In this document: piece after piece, positions 50,337 to 60,534 of the stretch
Numbering within the stretch: position 1 is the first letter of the stretch
Layout of the letters: each line of letters opens with the position of its first letter
Source: Desulfomonilia bacterium
GTDB taxonomy: Bacteria > Desulfobacterota > Desulfomonilia > UBA1062
NCBI GenBank assembly: GCA_050014195.1
Contig: JBEKDT010000007.1
Location: 1-64,000, forward strand
Length of the DNA stretch: 64,000 nt
Direction of reading: 5' to 3'
Program-made: the position numbers and the translations under genes
Notes under the pieces: model-generated
Seen by the model: the letters and a program-made list of their open reading frames with translations, nothing else
The model's database searches: none
What the model was told of the DNA's origin: nothing

Positions 50337-51980
50337 ATGAACTACAGTGAAAGGCCATGGTTACAATCGTATACGGTTGGTGTTCCTCAGAAAATCACCT
50401 TTGAGGAGTTGTGTATTCCTGACTTTCTTGAAAGAGCTGCCCGGGACTTCCCCAAAAACGTGGCGCTCTCTTTTATGGGATATACGCTGACCTATCTTCA
50501 ATTAAAAGACACAGTGGACCGCTTTGCTACATGTCTGGCTGATTTCGGTATCAAGAAGGGTGACAGTGTTGCAATCCTTCTTCCCAACACCATCCAATGT
50601 GTGGTGGCGTACTATGCGATATTGAAGATCGGCGGCATCGCGGTCATGAACAATCCGCTTTACTCAGATAAGGAGCTTCTGCATCAGTTTAATGATTCCG
50701 GTGCAAAGATTCTTGTCACCATCGACCTGCTGGCAAACAGGATGATCGATCTGAGGCCACAGACAGCTATCAAGCAGATTGTGGTTGCATCGATCGGTGA
50801 CTATCTGCCCGTTCCCATCACCGACTTTAAGCCGGCTGAGAACGTGTACCGGTGGAAGGATGTTATCGATCAATATCAACCCAACCCGCCTGCAGTGAGA
50901 ATTACCCTGGACGATATTGCTCAGTATCAGTACACCGGTGGAACAACGGGCGTCTCAAAGGGTGTCGAGCTCACGCACGAAAACCTGAGCAAGAATGTCC
51001 AACAGATTGCTTCGTGGTTTCCCAATCTCAAACGGGGTGAGGAAGTGATGCTTGGCGCGTTGCCGTTCTTCCACGTGTTCGGTCTGACGGTAGCCATGAA
51101 CTATGCTATGTATATGGCCTGGGGTGATATACTCGTGCCGAGACCCCAGCCTGATCAGCTCATTGAGACATTCGAAAAATTCAAGCCCAAGTTCCTTCCC
51201 ATGGTACCCACCATGTACATCGGGATACTCAATCATCCGAAAATAAATGACCTCGATCTCTCTTTTATTGGGGGCTGCTTTTCGGGAAGTGCACCTTTGC
51301 CTGTGGATGTAATAAAACAGTTCGAGGAGAAGACAGGGGTTGCTATCTGCGAGGGTTTCGGTATGACTGAATCCTCTCCGGTGACACATGTCAACCCTTT
51401 TGCAAAAGGAAAGACAAAACCCGGGAGTATAGGGGTTCCCCTACCCGATACCGAGTGCCGACTGGTTGATATCAATGACCGGAAGACCGATGTGCCGGTC
51501 GGAGAATCTGGAGAGCTTATCATACGAGGCCCTCAGGTCATGCGGGGGTATAAAGGTAAGCCCGATGAGACCAGGGAAACAGTCCGCGATGGCTGGCTCC
51601 ATACCGGAGATATCGCCAGGATGGATGAAGACGGCTATTTCTACATCGTTGACAGGCTCAAGGACATGATCATATCAGGCGGATACAACGTGTATCCCAG
51701 GGATATCGATGAAGTGCTATACCAGCATCCGAAGGTGGCGGAGGCCTGTTCGATCGGCGTGCCGCATCCGAGCCGCGGTGAGGCAGTTAAGGTCTTCGTG
51801 GTTCTCAAGGAAGGTCAGACAGCAACCCAGGATGAGATCATCAACTTCTGTAAAGACAAACTTGCAAAGTACAAGTGGCCGGATGAGGTGGAGTTCAGAG
51901 CGTCTCTCCCGAAGAGTGCGGTAGGCAAGATCCTCAGGAAGGACCTCCGGACAGAGGAATTGGCTAAGTGCGGCACATGA
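50337..51980 (+). CDS. Long-chain fatty-acid--CoA ligase (FadD-like)
   Basis: YTGGTTGVSKG, EGFGMTE, GWLHTGD, DRLKDMIISGG, PKSAVGKILR. Confidence 0.93.
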   Translation: MNYSERPWLQSYTVGVPQKITFEELCIPDFLERAARDFPKNVALSFMGYTLTYLQLKDTVDRFATCLADFGIKKGDSVAILLPNTIQCVVAYYAILKIGGIAVMNNPLYSDKELLHQFNDSGAKILVTIDLLANRMIDLRPQTAIKQIVVASIGDYLPVPITDFKPAENVYRWKDVIDQYQPNPPAVRITLDDIAQYQYTGGTTGVSKGVELTHENLSKNVQQIASWFPNLKRGEEVMLGALPFFHVFGLTVAMNYAMYMAWGDILVPRPQPDQLIETFEKFKPKFLPMVPTMYIGILNHPKINDLDLSFIGGCFSGSAPLPVDVIKQFEEKTGVAICEGFGMTESSPVTHVNPFAKGKTKPGSIGVPLPDTECRLVDINDRKTDVPVGESGELIIRGPQVMRGYKGKPDETRETVRDGWLHTGDIARMDEDGYFYIVDRLKDMIISGGYNVYPRDIDEVLYQHPKVAEACSIGVPHPSRGEAVKVFVVLKEGQTATQDEIINFCKDKLAKYKWPDEVEFRASLPKSAVGKILRKDLRTEELAKCGT

Positions 51981-52201
51981 ATATTGCAACAATCAGGGTA
52001 AGTATTTGAAATAAAATTCAGGTGCTTGATGGATATTGACTTTAGGGATCATCAAACTATTAGTAATATTTATATCACCCATGAAGAATGTCTTATGCAA
52101 CAAAATTCCCACTGAGAAGGACGATATGAATGCAGATGTACAAACCGTAACCGCCCATGCCACTGTGGTCTATGACTACGACAACAGAAAGGAGAAAAAT
52201 T

Positions 52202-52972
52202 ATGAATAAGATGATCATGACAATATTCGACAACGAAAGCAGAGCCTACGAAGGCATCAAAGCTCTCAAGGAACTCCACGCCGAAGGCAGCATCACACTC
52301 TACGCATCCGCCGTCATTGCTAAAGACTCAAAAGGCAAGGTCAGCGTCAAGCAAGCGGCTGATCAAGATCTTCTCGGGACTATTCTCGGATTTGCCACGG
52401 GGAGTCTTATCGGGTTGCTCGGAGGCCCTGTGGGGCTAGCTGTCGGAGCAACGACCGGAACCCTTGCGGGTTCGCTGTACGATATAGCGCAGCTCGGCGT
52501 CGGCAACGATTTCTTAGCTGAAGTTTCGCAGCAACTTTTGCCTGGCAAAACGGCTGTGGTCGCCGAGATCGATGAAGAGTGGGTCACTCCGTTGGACGCT
52601 CGCATGGAAACCCTCGGTGGGGTCGTGTTTCGACGCGCGCGCGGTGAGTTCATTGACGCTCAAATCGAGAAAGAGATCGCAGCCGACAAAACCGAAATCG
52701 CTAAACTGAAAGCTGAGCGCGACCAAGCCATCGGGGAAGCCAAAGCCAAGCTTCAGGCTAAAATCGATGCCGCTCAAAACAGGCTGCAGGCTAGACGAGA
52801 TCGGCTCAATGAGAAAATCGAAGCCATCAAGCGCGAAGGAGAAGCCAAGATCAAATCTCTGCAAGAACAAGCGGCGAAGGCGAAAAGTGAAACGAAAGCA
52901 AAGCTGGAAAAGCGTCTCGCCGAGGCACGTGCTGATAACGAAGCACGTGTTGACAAGCTGAGCAAAACTTGA
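52202..52972 (+). CDS. DUF1269-like membrane protein with C-terminal coiled coil
   Basis: Gly-zipper GSLIGLLGGPVGLAVGA, EIDEEWVTPLD, Ala/Lys/Glu-rich tail. The stop may be slightly premature. Confidence 0.82.
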   Translation: MNKMIMTIFDNESRAYEGIKALKELHAEGSITLYASAVIAKDSKGKVSVKQAADQDLLGTILGFATGSLIGLLGGPVGLAVGATTGTLAGSLYDIAQLGVGNDFLAEVSQQLLPGKTAVVAEIDEEWVTPLDARMETLGGVVFRRARGEFIDAQIEKEIAADKTEIAKLKAERDQAIGEAKAKLQAKIDAAQNRLQARRDRLNEKIEAIKREGEAKIKSLQEQAAKAKSETKAKLEKRLAEARADNEARVDKLSKT

Positions 52973-53059
52973 CGACGCACCAAGGAAACACTGGCATTGT
53001 GATGTTCTGCGTTTGGGCTGCGGTTACTTCCTCACATGACAGTGAAAGGAGATGAAGAA

Positions 53060-53611
53060 ATGATTATAAACACATTGCTCCCGGGATGGGAGGAGATCCG
53101 GCAGAAGTGGGGATGGTTCCTCGTTTTAGGAATTACCTTGATTGTCCTTGGGGCCGTTGCGCTAGCCGTGCCCCGACTGATGACGCTCACCTCGGTCTTG
53201 CTGTTCGGCTGGCTCATCGTTTTGGGCGGCGTCTTCGAGACAGTCGCCGCGTTCGCAGCGCGGAAGTGGATTGGATTTTTCCTCCACCTGCTCAGCGGCA
53301 TCCTGGGCATCGTCGTCGGCGCCCTGATGGTAACCCACCTCAACGCCGCTGCGGGGGCTTTGACGCTGCTCCTTGCGGCGTTTTTCTTGATAAGTGGGTT
53401 GTTTAGAATCGTCGCCGCAGTTATGGTGCAGTTCCCGGGTTGGGGTTGGGCAGTCTTCGGAGGCATAGTCTCGACGTTTCTGGGCGTTTTGATCTGGGCA
53501 GAATGGCCGTCGTCCGCCCTCTGGGTGATCGGCACGTTCGTGGCCATCGATTTACTCTTCCGCGGATGTGCATGGATGATGTTTGCCCTCGCCGCCCGGC
53601 AAACTCCGTAG
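53060..53611 (+). CDS. HdeD/DUF308-family membrane protein, copy 1
   Basis: WGWFLVLG, FPGWGW, WPSSALWVIGTFVAIDL. Confidence 0.9.
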   Translation: MIINTLLPGWEEIRQKWGWFLVLGITLIVLGAVALAVPRLMTLTSVLLFGWLIVLGGVFETVAAFAARKWIGFFLHLLSGILGIVVGALMVTHLNAAAGALTLLLAAFFLISGLFRIVAAVMVQFPGWGWAVFGGIVSTFLGVLIWAEWPSSALWVIGTFVAIDLLFRGCAWMMFALAARQTP

Positions 53612-53691
53612 CCAGCCGACTTGCGGTGCGAGCCGGCACTGCAGCGGGTGAGTTGAAAGACGTATTAAAAACGAAGTAAGGAGATATTGTA

Positions 53692-54246
53692 ATGAGCGAG
53701 ATTGATACGCTGATGGTTGGAATTCCCCCCGAGATGATTCACAACTGGGGGTGGTTCCTGGCATTCGGCATCGGATTGGTGCTGCTGGGGACCGCCGCGA
53801 TTTTCCGGTCCGTGAAAGCCACGGTAATCTCGATGTCGTTCTTCGGATGGCTGCTGGTGATTGCGGCTGGAATCGAGATTGCGCAGGCTTTCCTGGTCGG
53901 TAAGTGGGCAGGCTTCTTCCTGCATTTGCTGGCTGCGGTTCTCTTCGGAGTAACCGGCGCTCTGTTTGTGAGGAGACCGGTGATCAGCGCCGAAGTTGCG
54001 ACCCTTTTCATGGCCATGTTCTTCCTGATGTCCGGGCTGTTTCAACTGATCAGCTCGCTGGTGATCCACCTGCCAGGTTGGGGTTGGTACGCGCTGAACG
54101 GAATCATCACCTTTGTATTGGGGGTTCTCGTCCTTGCGCAGTGGCCAATCTCAGGCCTGTGGGCGATCGGCCTTTTCATCGGAATCGATCTGGTGTTTTT
54201 CGGCTTGGCTTGGGTCACGCTGGCACTTGACCTTCACAAGATGTGA
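53692..54246 (+). CDS. HdeD/DUF308-family membrane protein, copy 2
   Basis: WGWFLAFG, LPGWGW, WPISGLWAIGLFIGIDL. Confidence 0.9.
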   Translation: MSEIDTLMVGIPPEMIHNWGWFLAFGIGLVLLGTAAIFRSVKATVISMSFFGWLLVIAAGIEIAQAFLVGKWAGFFLHLLAAVLFGVTGALFVRRPVISAEVATLFMAMFFLMSGLFQLISSLVIHLPGWGWYALNGIITFVLGVLVLAQWPISGLWAIGLFIGIDLVFFGLAWVTLALDLHKM

Positions 54247-54360
54247 GAGTCTGGGCCTTGCAGTCGTTTATGAAGAGGGAATCAAAACTGTGAGGTAACA
54301 AGGTAAGAGATACTATTGCTTATCGCAACAACCACAGTTTTAAGTCCTTCAAATACTCCT

Positions 54361-56883
54361 TTAAAATTTCACCTTCTTATAGAAAATCTTCTTCGCTATT
54401 TCCGCTGTTATAATGTAACATATCGTAATTAGTCCTACTATCAGAAGGAACGAGATCGGCAACCGGCTGAATCCAAAAATATCACCAAGCGGCGTAAAGG
54501 GTACTATAAGCGTCATGACAACAATTAACAGAGTTGTCAGCAAGAGATATTTCCCAGGCATGCTTTTAAAGAAGGGCCTCCTTGTACGGATAACCAGCAC
54601 AATGAGTGCTGCTGAGATGACAGACTCCACAAACCATCCTGCCCTGAATTCCTTAGGGTTAGCATGAAGAACGAATAACAATACACCAAAGGTGAGATAG
54701 TCAAACACCGAGCTCACTATTCCGAAGGTAAACATAAACTCGCGGATTGCCTTAATGTCCCAGCGCCGGGGATGATCAACCATTTCGTTATCCACCCTGT
54801 CGGAAGCGATGGTCATCTCAGGGAAATCGGTCATGAGATTGGTGAGCAAGATCTGCTTGGGCAGTAAGGGGAGGAACGGCAGGAACAGGGATGCTCCGGC
54901 CATGCTGAACATGTTTCCGAAATTGGCGCTGGTCGCCATGAACACATACTTGAGCGTGTTAGCAAACGTCGTCCTGCCTGCGCGCACGCCCTCAACAAGA
55001 ACGCCCAGATCCTTTTCGAGTAAAACGATATCAGCCGCATCTTTGGCAACATCAACAGCGCTATCGACGGAAATGCCGACATCGGCAACATGGAGTGCCG
55101 AGGCATCATTGATGCCGTCTCCCATATAACCCACCACATTACCGGCTTTTCTCAGCGCGAGGATGATGCGCTCTTTCTGATTGGGTTCGATTTCGGCAAA
55201 GACATCCACGTCAGCCACACGTTTGAGGAGCGCGGCATCGCTCAACTGACTGAGCTCCGGACCAGTAATGATCCCTGTCTTCGATAATCCCATCTGCCCA
55301 CTGACGTTGGCTGCTACAAGGTGGTTGTCTCCCGTTATGATCTTCAGGGAAACACCGAGGTTTTTCAGATTGGTAATGGTCTCGATAATATTGGGCTTGG
55401 GCGGATCAAAAAGGACAAGGAATCCTGAAAACGTCATGCCTGCTTCGTGGTCTTTGCTTATGCGTGAGTCAGCCCCCATATTCTTATAAGCGACGCCCAG
55501 CGTTCGCAGACCCTTACTACTGAATTCCTCAAAGTGTTGCTGAATTCGGTCCCGCGCTGCAATAATCTCGATGATTTCTCCTCCTTCGGTTTCTACCGAT
55601 GAACAGACGGCAAGCACATTTGAGAGCGCACCTTTGGTCACCATCAAATGCGTATCATCATGTGAAACCAGGATACTTAAACGTTTACGGAAAAAATCAT
55701 ACGGGATTTCATCCTGCTTCCGGTAACCGGACAGGTCAAATTTGCGATGGGTGCGGATGGCTTCATCGATCGGGTTGGTAAACCCTGTTTCATAAAAGGC
55801 GTTGAGATAAGCATAAAGCAGAACTTTATCGCTTGGCGCTCCTTCCACATCAAGGGCGGATTGCAGCTGTACGACCCCTTCGGTCAGGGTGCCGGTTTTA
55901 TCGGAGCAGATCACGTTCATGCTGCCGAAGTTTTCAATCGAGGCGAGCCGTTTGACAATGACCTTTTTTTGAGCCATCCGTTTGGCCCCATGGGCGAGGT
56001 TGATGCTGATAATCGCCGGCAACAATTGCGGGGTCAGTCCGACAGCAAGTGCCAGGGAAAAGAGGAAGGAGTCCAGGACCGGCCGTACCAAGTAGACGTT
56101 GATGGCAAAGATGACCACCACCAGCACCAGTGTGACCTCCATGAGAAAATAGCCGAATCGCCGTATGCCGTGTTCAAATTCCGTTTCAAGCGGCCTGAGT
56201 TTCAATCGCTCAGACACCTTGCCGAATTCGGTTTCCTTGCCTGTGCTTATAACAAGGGCCTGTGCACTGCCACTCACCACATGGGTTCCCATGAAGAGCG
56301 AGTTTGTCCGCTGCCCGAGCGGTATCTCGGCCGCCAATACTGCAACGGTTTTTTCTACGGGGAACGTCTCACCGGTCAGCATTGCTTCATCGACAAAGAG
56401 ATCTTTGGATTCCAGAATCAAACAGTCACCGGGAACAATATCACCAGCGCCTAAGATGACGATATCTCCGGGAATAATCTCTTCTACCGGGATATCTTTG
56501 GGGCCTCCATCACGAAGCACGGAAGCCTTGATTTGCACGATGGCCAGTAACTTCTCTACAGCGTTTGCCGCACCGCGTTCCTGCCAGAACCCGAGTAAGC
56601 CGCTGACGAGAACAATGGTGAGAATAATAAAGGCATCGACAGGATCATGTAAAAAGAATGACAATCCCGTTGCAAATAAAAGCATGAGAATAATAGGACT
56701 CTTGAATTGAGCAAGGAGGAGGGTTACTACATCTGTCCGCTTTGGCGGCTTCAGAAGATTGGAACCATGCTGCGCGAGCCGCTGTCTCGCTTCATCACCG
56801 GTCAATCCTTTATTTGTTGTATTCAGTTGCTGGAGCATCTCCATCGTGGAGCAACTCCAAAAGGGCAGCCGATGCTGGTTCAT
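54361..56883 (-). CDS. mgtA: Magnesium-translocating P-type ATPase (P3B-like)
   Basis: LTGET, AVGLTPQLLP, CSDKTGT, TGDN, MGDGINDA, SANFGNMFS, GWFVES. Confidence 0.88.
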   Translation of the reverse strand: MNQHRLPFWSCSTMEMLQQLNTTNKGLTGDEARQRLAQHGSNLLKPPKRTDVVTLLLAQFKSPIILMLLFATGLSFFLHDPVDAFIILTIVLVSGLLGFWQERGAANAVEKLLAIVQIKASVLRDGGPKDIPVEEIIPGDIVILGAGDIVPGDCLILESKDLFVDEAMLTGETFPVEKTVAVLAAEIPLGQRTNSLFMGTHVVSGSAQALVISTGKETEFGKVSERLKLRPLETEFEHGIRRFGYFLMEVTLVLVVVIFAINVYLVRPVLDSFLFSLALAVGLTPQLLPAIISINLAHGAKRMAQKKVIVKRLASIENFGSMNVICSDKTGTLTEGVVQLQSALDVEGAPSDKVLLYAYLNAFYETGFTNPIDEAIRTHRKFDLSGYRKQDEIPYDFFRKRLSILVSHDDTHLMVTKGALSNVLAVCSSVETEGGEIIEIIAARDRIQQHFEEFSSKGLRTLGVAYKNMGADSRISKDHEAGMTFSGFLVLFDPPKPNIIETITNLKNLGVSLKIITGDNHLVAANVSGQMGLSKTGIITGPELSQLSDAALLKRVADVDVFAEIEPNQKERIILALRKAGNVVGYMGDGINDASALHVADVGISVDSAVDVAKDAADIVLLEKDLGVLVEGVRAGRTTFANTLKYVFMATSANFGNMFSMAGASLFLPFLPLLPKQILLTNLMTDFPEMTIASDRVDNEMVDHPRRWDIKAIREFMFTFGIVSSVFDYLTFGVLLFVLHANPKEFRAGWFVESVISAALIVLVIRTRRPFFKSMPGKYLLLTTLLIVVMTLIVPFTPLGDIFGFSRLPISFLLIVGLITICYIITAEIAKKIFYKKVKF

Positions 56884-56952
56884 ACGCGATTCTTCATTTT
56901 ATTCATAGCTTGCTCCATTCGGTGGCTCACCAATGCATCATTTTGTCAGGCG

Positions 56953-57330
56953 TCAGGTCCCATTCGCAATCAGCCATTCGATTGCATCTTCGAAAGAAGT
57001 GAACGCCCTGACTTGGAAGCCTCTGTTTTGGGCGCAGAGAGCGAAGAACCCTGCGTTGTCAAATTGTTCAAGTGGACAAAGAACGGCTATTTTGTTGTGA
57101 GAAAAGGCCTTACGAAGGTTGCTGAGTTCAGTCGTCAGATTCCAAAGGTCGGCTATAGACATTCCTATCTGCGCCTTTCGAGTGTCTAGGATTATTTCGT
57201 AGTCCATCATAGGGGCCACGGCTGAAGCGATCTCCATAAGCACTTTCTTAGACTCTTCGAAATCGAACTGTCCTTCTGGGGTCACTTTGATGAAGTCGTG
57301 TGCATGGATAATTCTGATATTAGTTGACAT
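56953..57330 (-). CDS. SpoIIAA-like (STAS/SEC14-type) small protein
   Basis: IILDTR, KIAVL, C-terminal VRAFTSFEDAIEWL. Confidence 0.72.
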   Translation of the reverse strand: MSTNIRIIHAHDFIKVTPEGQFDFEESKKVLMEIASAVAPMMDYEIILDTRKAQIGMSIADLWNLTTELSNLRKAFSHNKIAVLCPLEQFDNAGFFALCAQNRGFQVRAFTSFEDAIEWLIANGT

Positions 57331-57498
57331 TACTTTCCCCTTCTGTATTTGTTGACGCCCATGACTATAATGCAATTATATTTTGCTTATAAAATATCTG
57401 AAGCAAGATTACATTATATCTAGATAATGAGTGCAAGACAATATGCAGTTAAATTAGGTCTTGGAAAAGATCCGGTTAGTTGACTCACACACACTTTT

Positions 57499-58899
57499 AT
57501 GCATAAGCTCTTTTCCATGGCCATCTTAAGCACGGGTTTTTTCTCGGCTGCGCGTACGCTCCCCAGCCTATGCCTTACACACCTGGTTGACGGCCATCCC
57601 GCTCCAGACGCGGATATCCTCTCCAGTGCCAATCAGGAGATCCTCGACCAACTTTCGGTTTCGAGATCGGTTCCTGGCAATCATATCGAGGTTCTTGATC
57701 ACGGCCCCTCGGCCTTTAACCGGTGGATCGATATCCTGCAATCGGCGAACACCTCTATTTTTCTGCAGACGTACTACCTGGAAAACGAAGGCAGGTGTGC
57801 CAACCTGATCAACATACTCAAGGATAAGGCGGCCCAGGGTGTGGCAGTCGCTGTGATCATTACCCGTTATTCGCAGCTGGGCAAATCTCCGCTGACCTTC
57901 CTAGAGCTAAAACGTGCCGGCATCGATGTCCTCTTGGTCGGCGATATCGGGTTTCCCAAGAACAGTACGCCACGGCAGGACTCCTGGCTCAATAGGATGC
58001 TCGAGGAGGACCGCATATTCAAGTCATTGCCCCGGGAAGCCCCCTTCCGCCAATGGTTTGAAGATAAGAAGAACAGTGATCTCATGGTGGATTATGCCCT
58101 GCATGAAAAGATGCTGATCGTCGATGGGAAATCCGCCATTACCGGCGGCCGGAACTTAAGCGACTGTTATTTCTTCTGGTGGCAGGACCTCGACATAGCC
58201 CTGGCCGGTCCGATCGTTACCGAGCTTGGAAAAGCCTTTGAACGAAACTGGCACGAATTCGGGGGAAAACCCCTCCCGCCGGCACCCTTCACACCAGAGA
58301 CATTCCCCGGAGGTATAACCCTGCGGCTCACCCAGTCCCGACCGTGGGTCGGTGTTTACAACAATCTCGATATGCTCTGCGGTGCTATCGACATTGCCAA
58401 ACAGCGGGTATATATTTCCTCACAGTATCTTGCTTTGCCGTCCAAGCTCAGCCAGGCCCTCACAGAGGCTGCCGCTCGCGGGGTTGATGTGCGCATCCTC
58501 ACCAATTCGCTGGAGACCGGCCACGAAGTCAATCTATCCCTTTGCCACTTTATATCACTCAACTACTACCGCGAACTACTGCATGCCGGCGCAAGCATCT
58601 TCGAATACCAGTGTCCACCGGGACAGAAACTAAGGCCATATTGCCATGCCAAACAGTTCATCATCGACGGCAAATTCCTGTCGATTGGATCGTTCAACCT
58701 GTCTATCCGCAGTTCCTACCTGGAATCCGAACTAATGTTCGGTATTCTGGATCCTTCCTTGGCTCAGATCCAGGAAAGTAAGTTCCTCAAAGATCTTGAT
58801 CAGCACGCCCATCAAGTCAACCTTGATGATTATACCAAAGAGGAGAAGGCCTACCGTGTGTTCATGGACATTGCCAGGCATCTGGAGATTCTTTATTAA
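57499..58899 (+). CDS. Phospholipase D / cardiolipin-synthase-family protein
   Basis: Two HKD motifs: HEKMLIVDG...GGRN and HAKQFIIDG...GSFN. Confidence 0.9.
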   Translation: MHKLFSMAILSTGFFSAARTLPSLCLTHLVDGHPAPDADILSSANQEILDQLSVSRSVPGNHIEVLDHGPSAFNRWIDILQSANTSIFLQTYYLENEGRCANLINILKDKAAQGVAVAVIITRYSQLGKSPLTFLELKRAGIDVLLVGDIGFPKNSTPRQDSWLNRMLEEDRIFKSLPREAPFRQWFEDKKNSDLMVDYALHEKMLIVDGKSAITGGRNLSDCYFFWWQDLDIALAGPIVTELGKAFERNWHEFGGKPLPPAPFTPETFPGGITLRLTQSRPWVGVYNNLDMLCGAIDIAKQRVYISSQYLALPSKLSQALTEAAARGVDVRILTNSLETGHEVNLSLCHFISLNYYRELLHAGASIFEYQCPPGQKLRPYCHAKQFIIDGKFLSIGSFNLSIRSSYLESELMFGILDPSLAQIQESKFLKDLDQHAHQVNLDDYTKEEKAYRVFMDIARHLEILY

Positions 58900-59221
58900 A
58901 ATGCATTGATAATTCGGTGGTAGATTACGCTGCCCCACAACCGCAGCCCACAATTTCGTCGCATGCCCCTTTATTGGATCAGATCGCTCCTTCTTGGTCT
59001 TGCCCGAAATTTAATAGCTCTCAGTGGCAACTTGATAAAAGATAAGTTTTAACATGAAAACGAAGGTTCCCAGGTAGCCCAATCTATTAAGCTATACACA
59101 GCGTCATAATTAATTGCGGTTTATGTACCGACCAAACGATGAACTTCGGCGTCTATGCGCAATATATTAAGACGCTATGTATAGTTCATTATTGATCATG
59201 TCATGATGTGTCTAATAATTT

Positions 59222-59599
59222 ACTATCTCGGGCTACCTAGGCGCAGCTGGAGCTACGGCTGCCTTGACTAAACGTGCGAAAGAAGGAGGTAGTTACCACG
59301 TTAATGTTAGTTTGACGCGCAGCGCTATGTGGTATCAAACCTTAGGGCTCATTCCAGAGAGTGAGAGAGCTTCCTCACAAAACTATATGCAACGGATATG
59401 GGATTTGTCCGAAAAAGATATGCCAGCTATTGCTAAGGAACTTAAACTACGCCTTATCGATCCAGACACCTTTATTAAAGATACCCCTTTGGAAAGGGTT
59501 CGGCGACTAGCACCAGCCGTTACCTACTCGAAAACACCAGCTTATTGGAGTGATCCTATACTTGTACCACGAGGCTCTTCTATTGCTTCATGGAGGTAA
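59222..59599 (+). pseudogene. C-terminal fragment of a family III (CaiB/BaiF-like) CoA transferase
   Basis: GYLGAAGATAALTKRAKEGGSYHVNVSLTR...LVPRGSS; no N-terminal part upstream. Confidence 0.7.
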
Positions 59600-59782
59600 A
59601 TTGTCCGTTAACCCGGATTTCCCAGACCCAATGCCTAGACCTTGTAAAATGGTGGCTGAAAGTGACGGTTTTGATGCCAATGGCGATATTGGCTGTCTAT
59701 CTGGAAAATCTCGGGTGAAGCGAGCCTGCAAGAGACACTGACCATAGACACCGAAAAGGGCGCCAGACGAAAGGAGGCCAAT

Positions 59783-60139
59783 ATGGCAATGAGAGCGATC
59801 ATCGGCTGCGTAGGCAGGGAATGGATGCTGCGAGAGCAGGAACTCCCGCTTATAAGGCTTGGGCCGGTGCGCGGGTGCGTCGTCGCCGCGGGCCTTAATA
59901 GGGCCGACCTCTTAATGCTCGATGGAAAGTACGGCCTGAACAGCAAGATCAACGACCTATACGGGGCCGGCATGGAACTGGCCGGCATCGTCGAGACATC
60001 CAGTCCTCTGTCTCCGCATTTGCCTGTAGGAGCACGGGTGATGGGCGTTACGCAAGGCGCGTTCGTGGACTATGCGCTCTGCCACCCTGGCACGCTCATG
60101 CCCATTCCCGACAATGTCTGCCATAGTAAGACACAATAA
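59783..60139 (+). pseudogene. N-terminal fragment of an MDR-family (quinone) oxidoreductase
   Basis: AAGLNRAD, GMELAGIV, VGARVMG, GAFVDY, PIPDN, then a stop. The Rossmann domain is missing. Confidence 0.75.
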
Positions 60140-60199
60140 AGGCAGGGTCGAGAATAACTCCACCTATGATCTCCAATTATTATGCTGTGTTCCTTTTCA

Positions 60200-60270
60200 A
60201 TATTCTTCCTTAACCCTGCAAGTCCGAGCAGTCCAGACCCGATGAGTATCAAAGAAGTTGGGGGGTGACT
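60200..60270 (-). pseudogene. Orphan PEP-CTERM/VPLPA-CTERM-like sorting-signal remnant
   Basis: Minus frame PPTSLILIGSGLLGLAGLRKN with no upstream ORF. Confidence 0.6.
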
Positions 60271-60345
60271 CTTGTCATAAATTTAGAATGCTCAACCAGG
60301 GATTACAGCTGACAACCACTTCGTGGACTTTTAAATCCATTCTCA

Positions 60346-60373
60346 TTGACACACAAAACCGCTTTCTTATACT
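60346..60373 (+). promoter_or_regulatory. sigma70-type promoter upstream of the pqi operon
   Basis: TTGACA-16 bp-TATACT. Confidence 0.45.
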
Positions 60374-60534
60374 CTGAACATTAAAAACAATGTCCTATCA
60401 ATTTCAATCAGGTGAGGGTCAGGATGGACGACGATTCTCCTATGGATAGGATCAGAGTCCTGAAGCGGATTGGTGAAGTACACTTTTTGTAATCACTCAT
60501 ACCGCCAATTGGTGTAAAGTGTTTGAGGTAGAGA

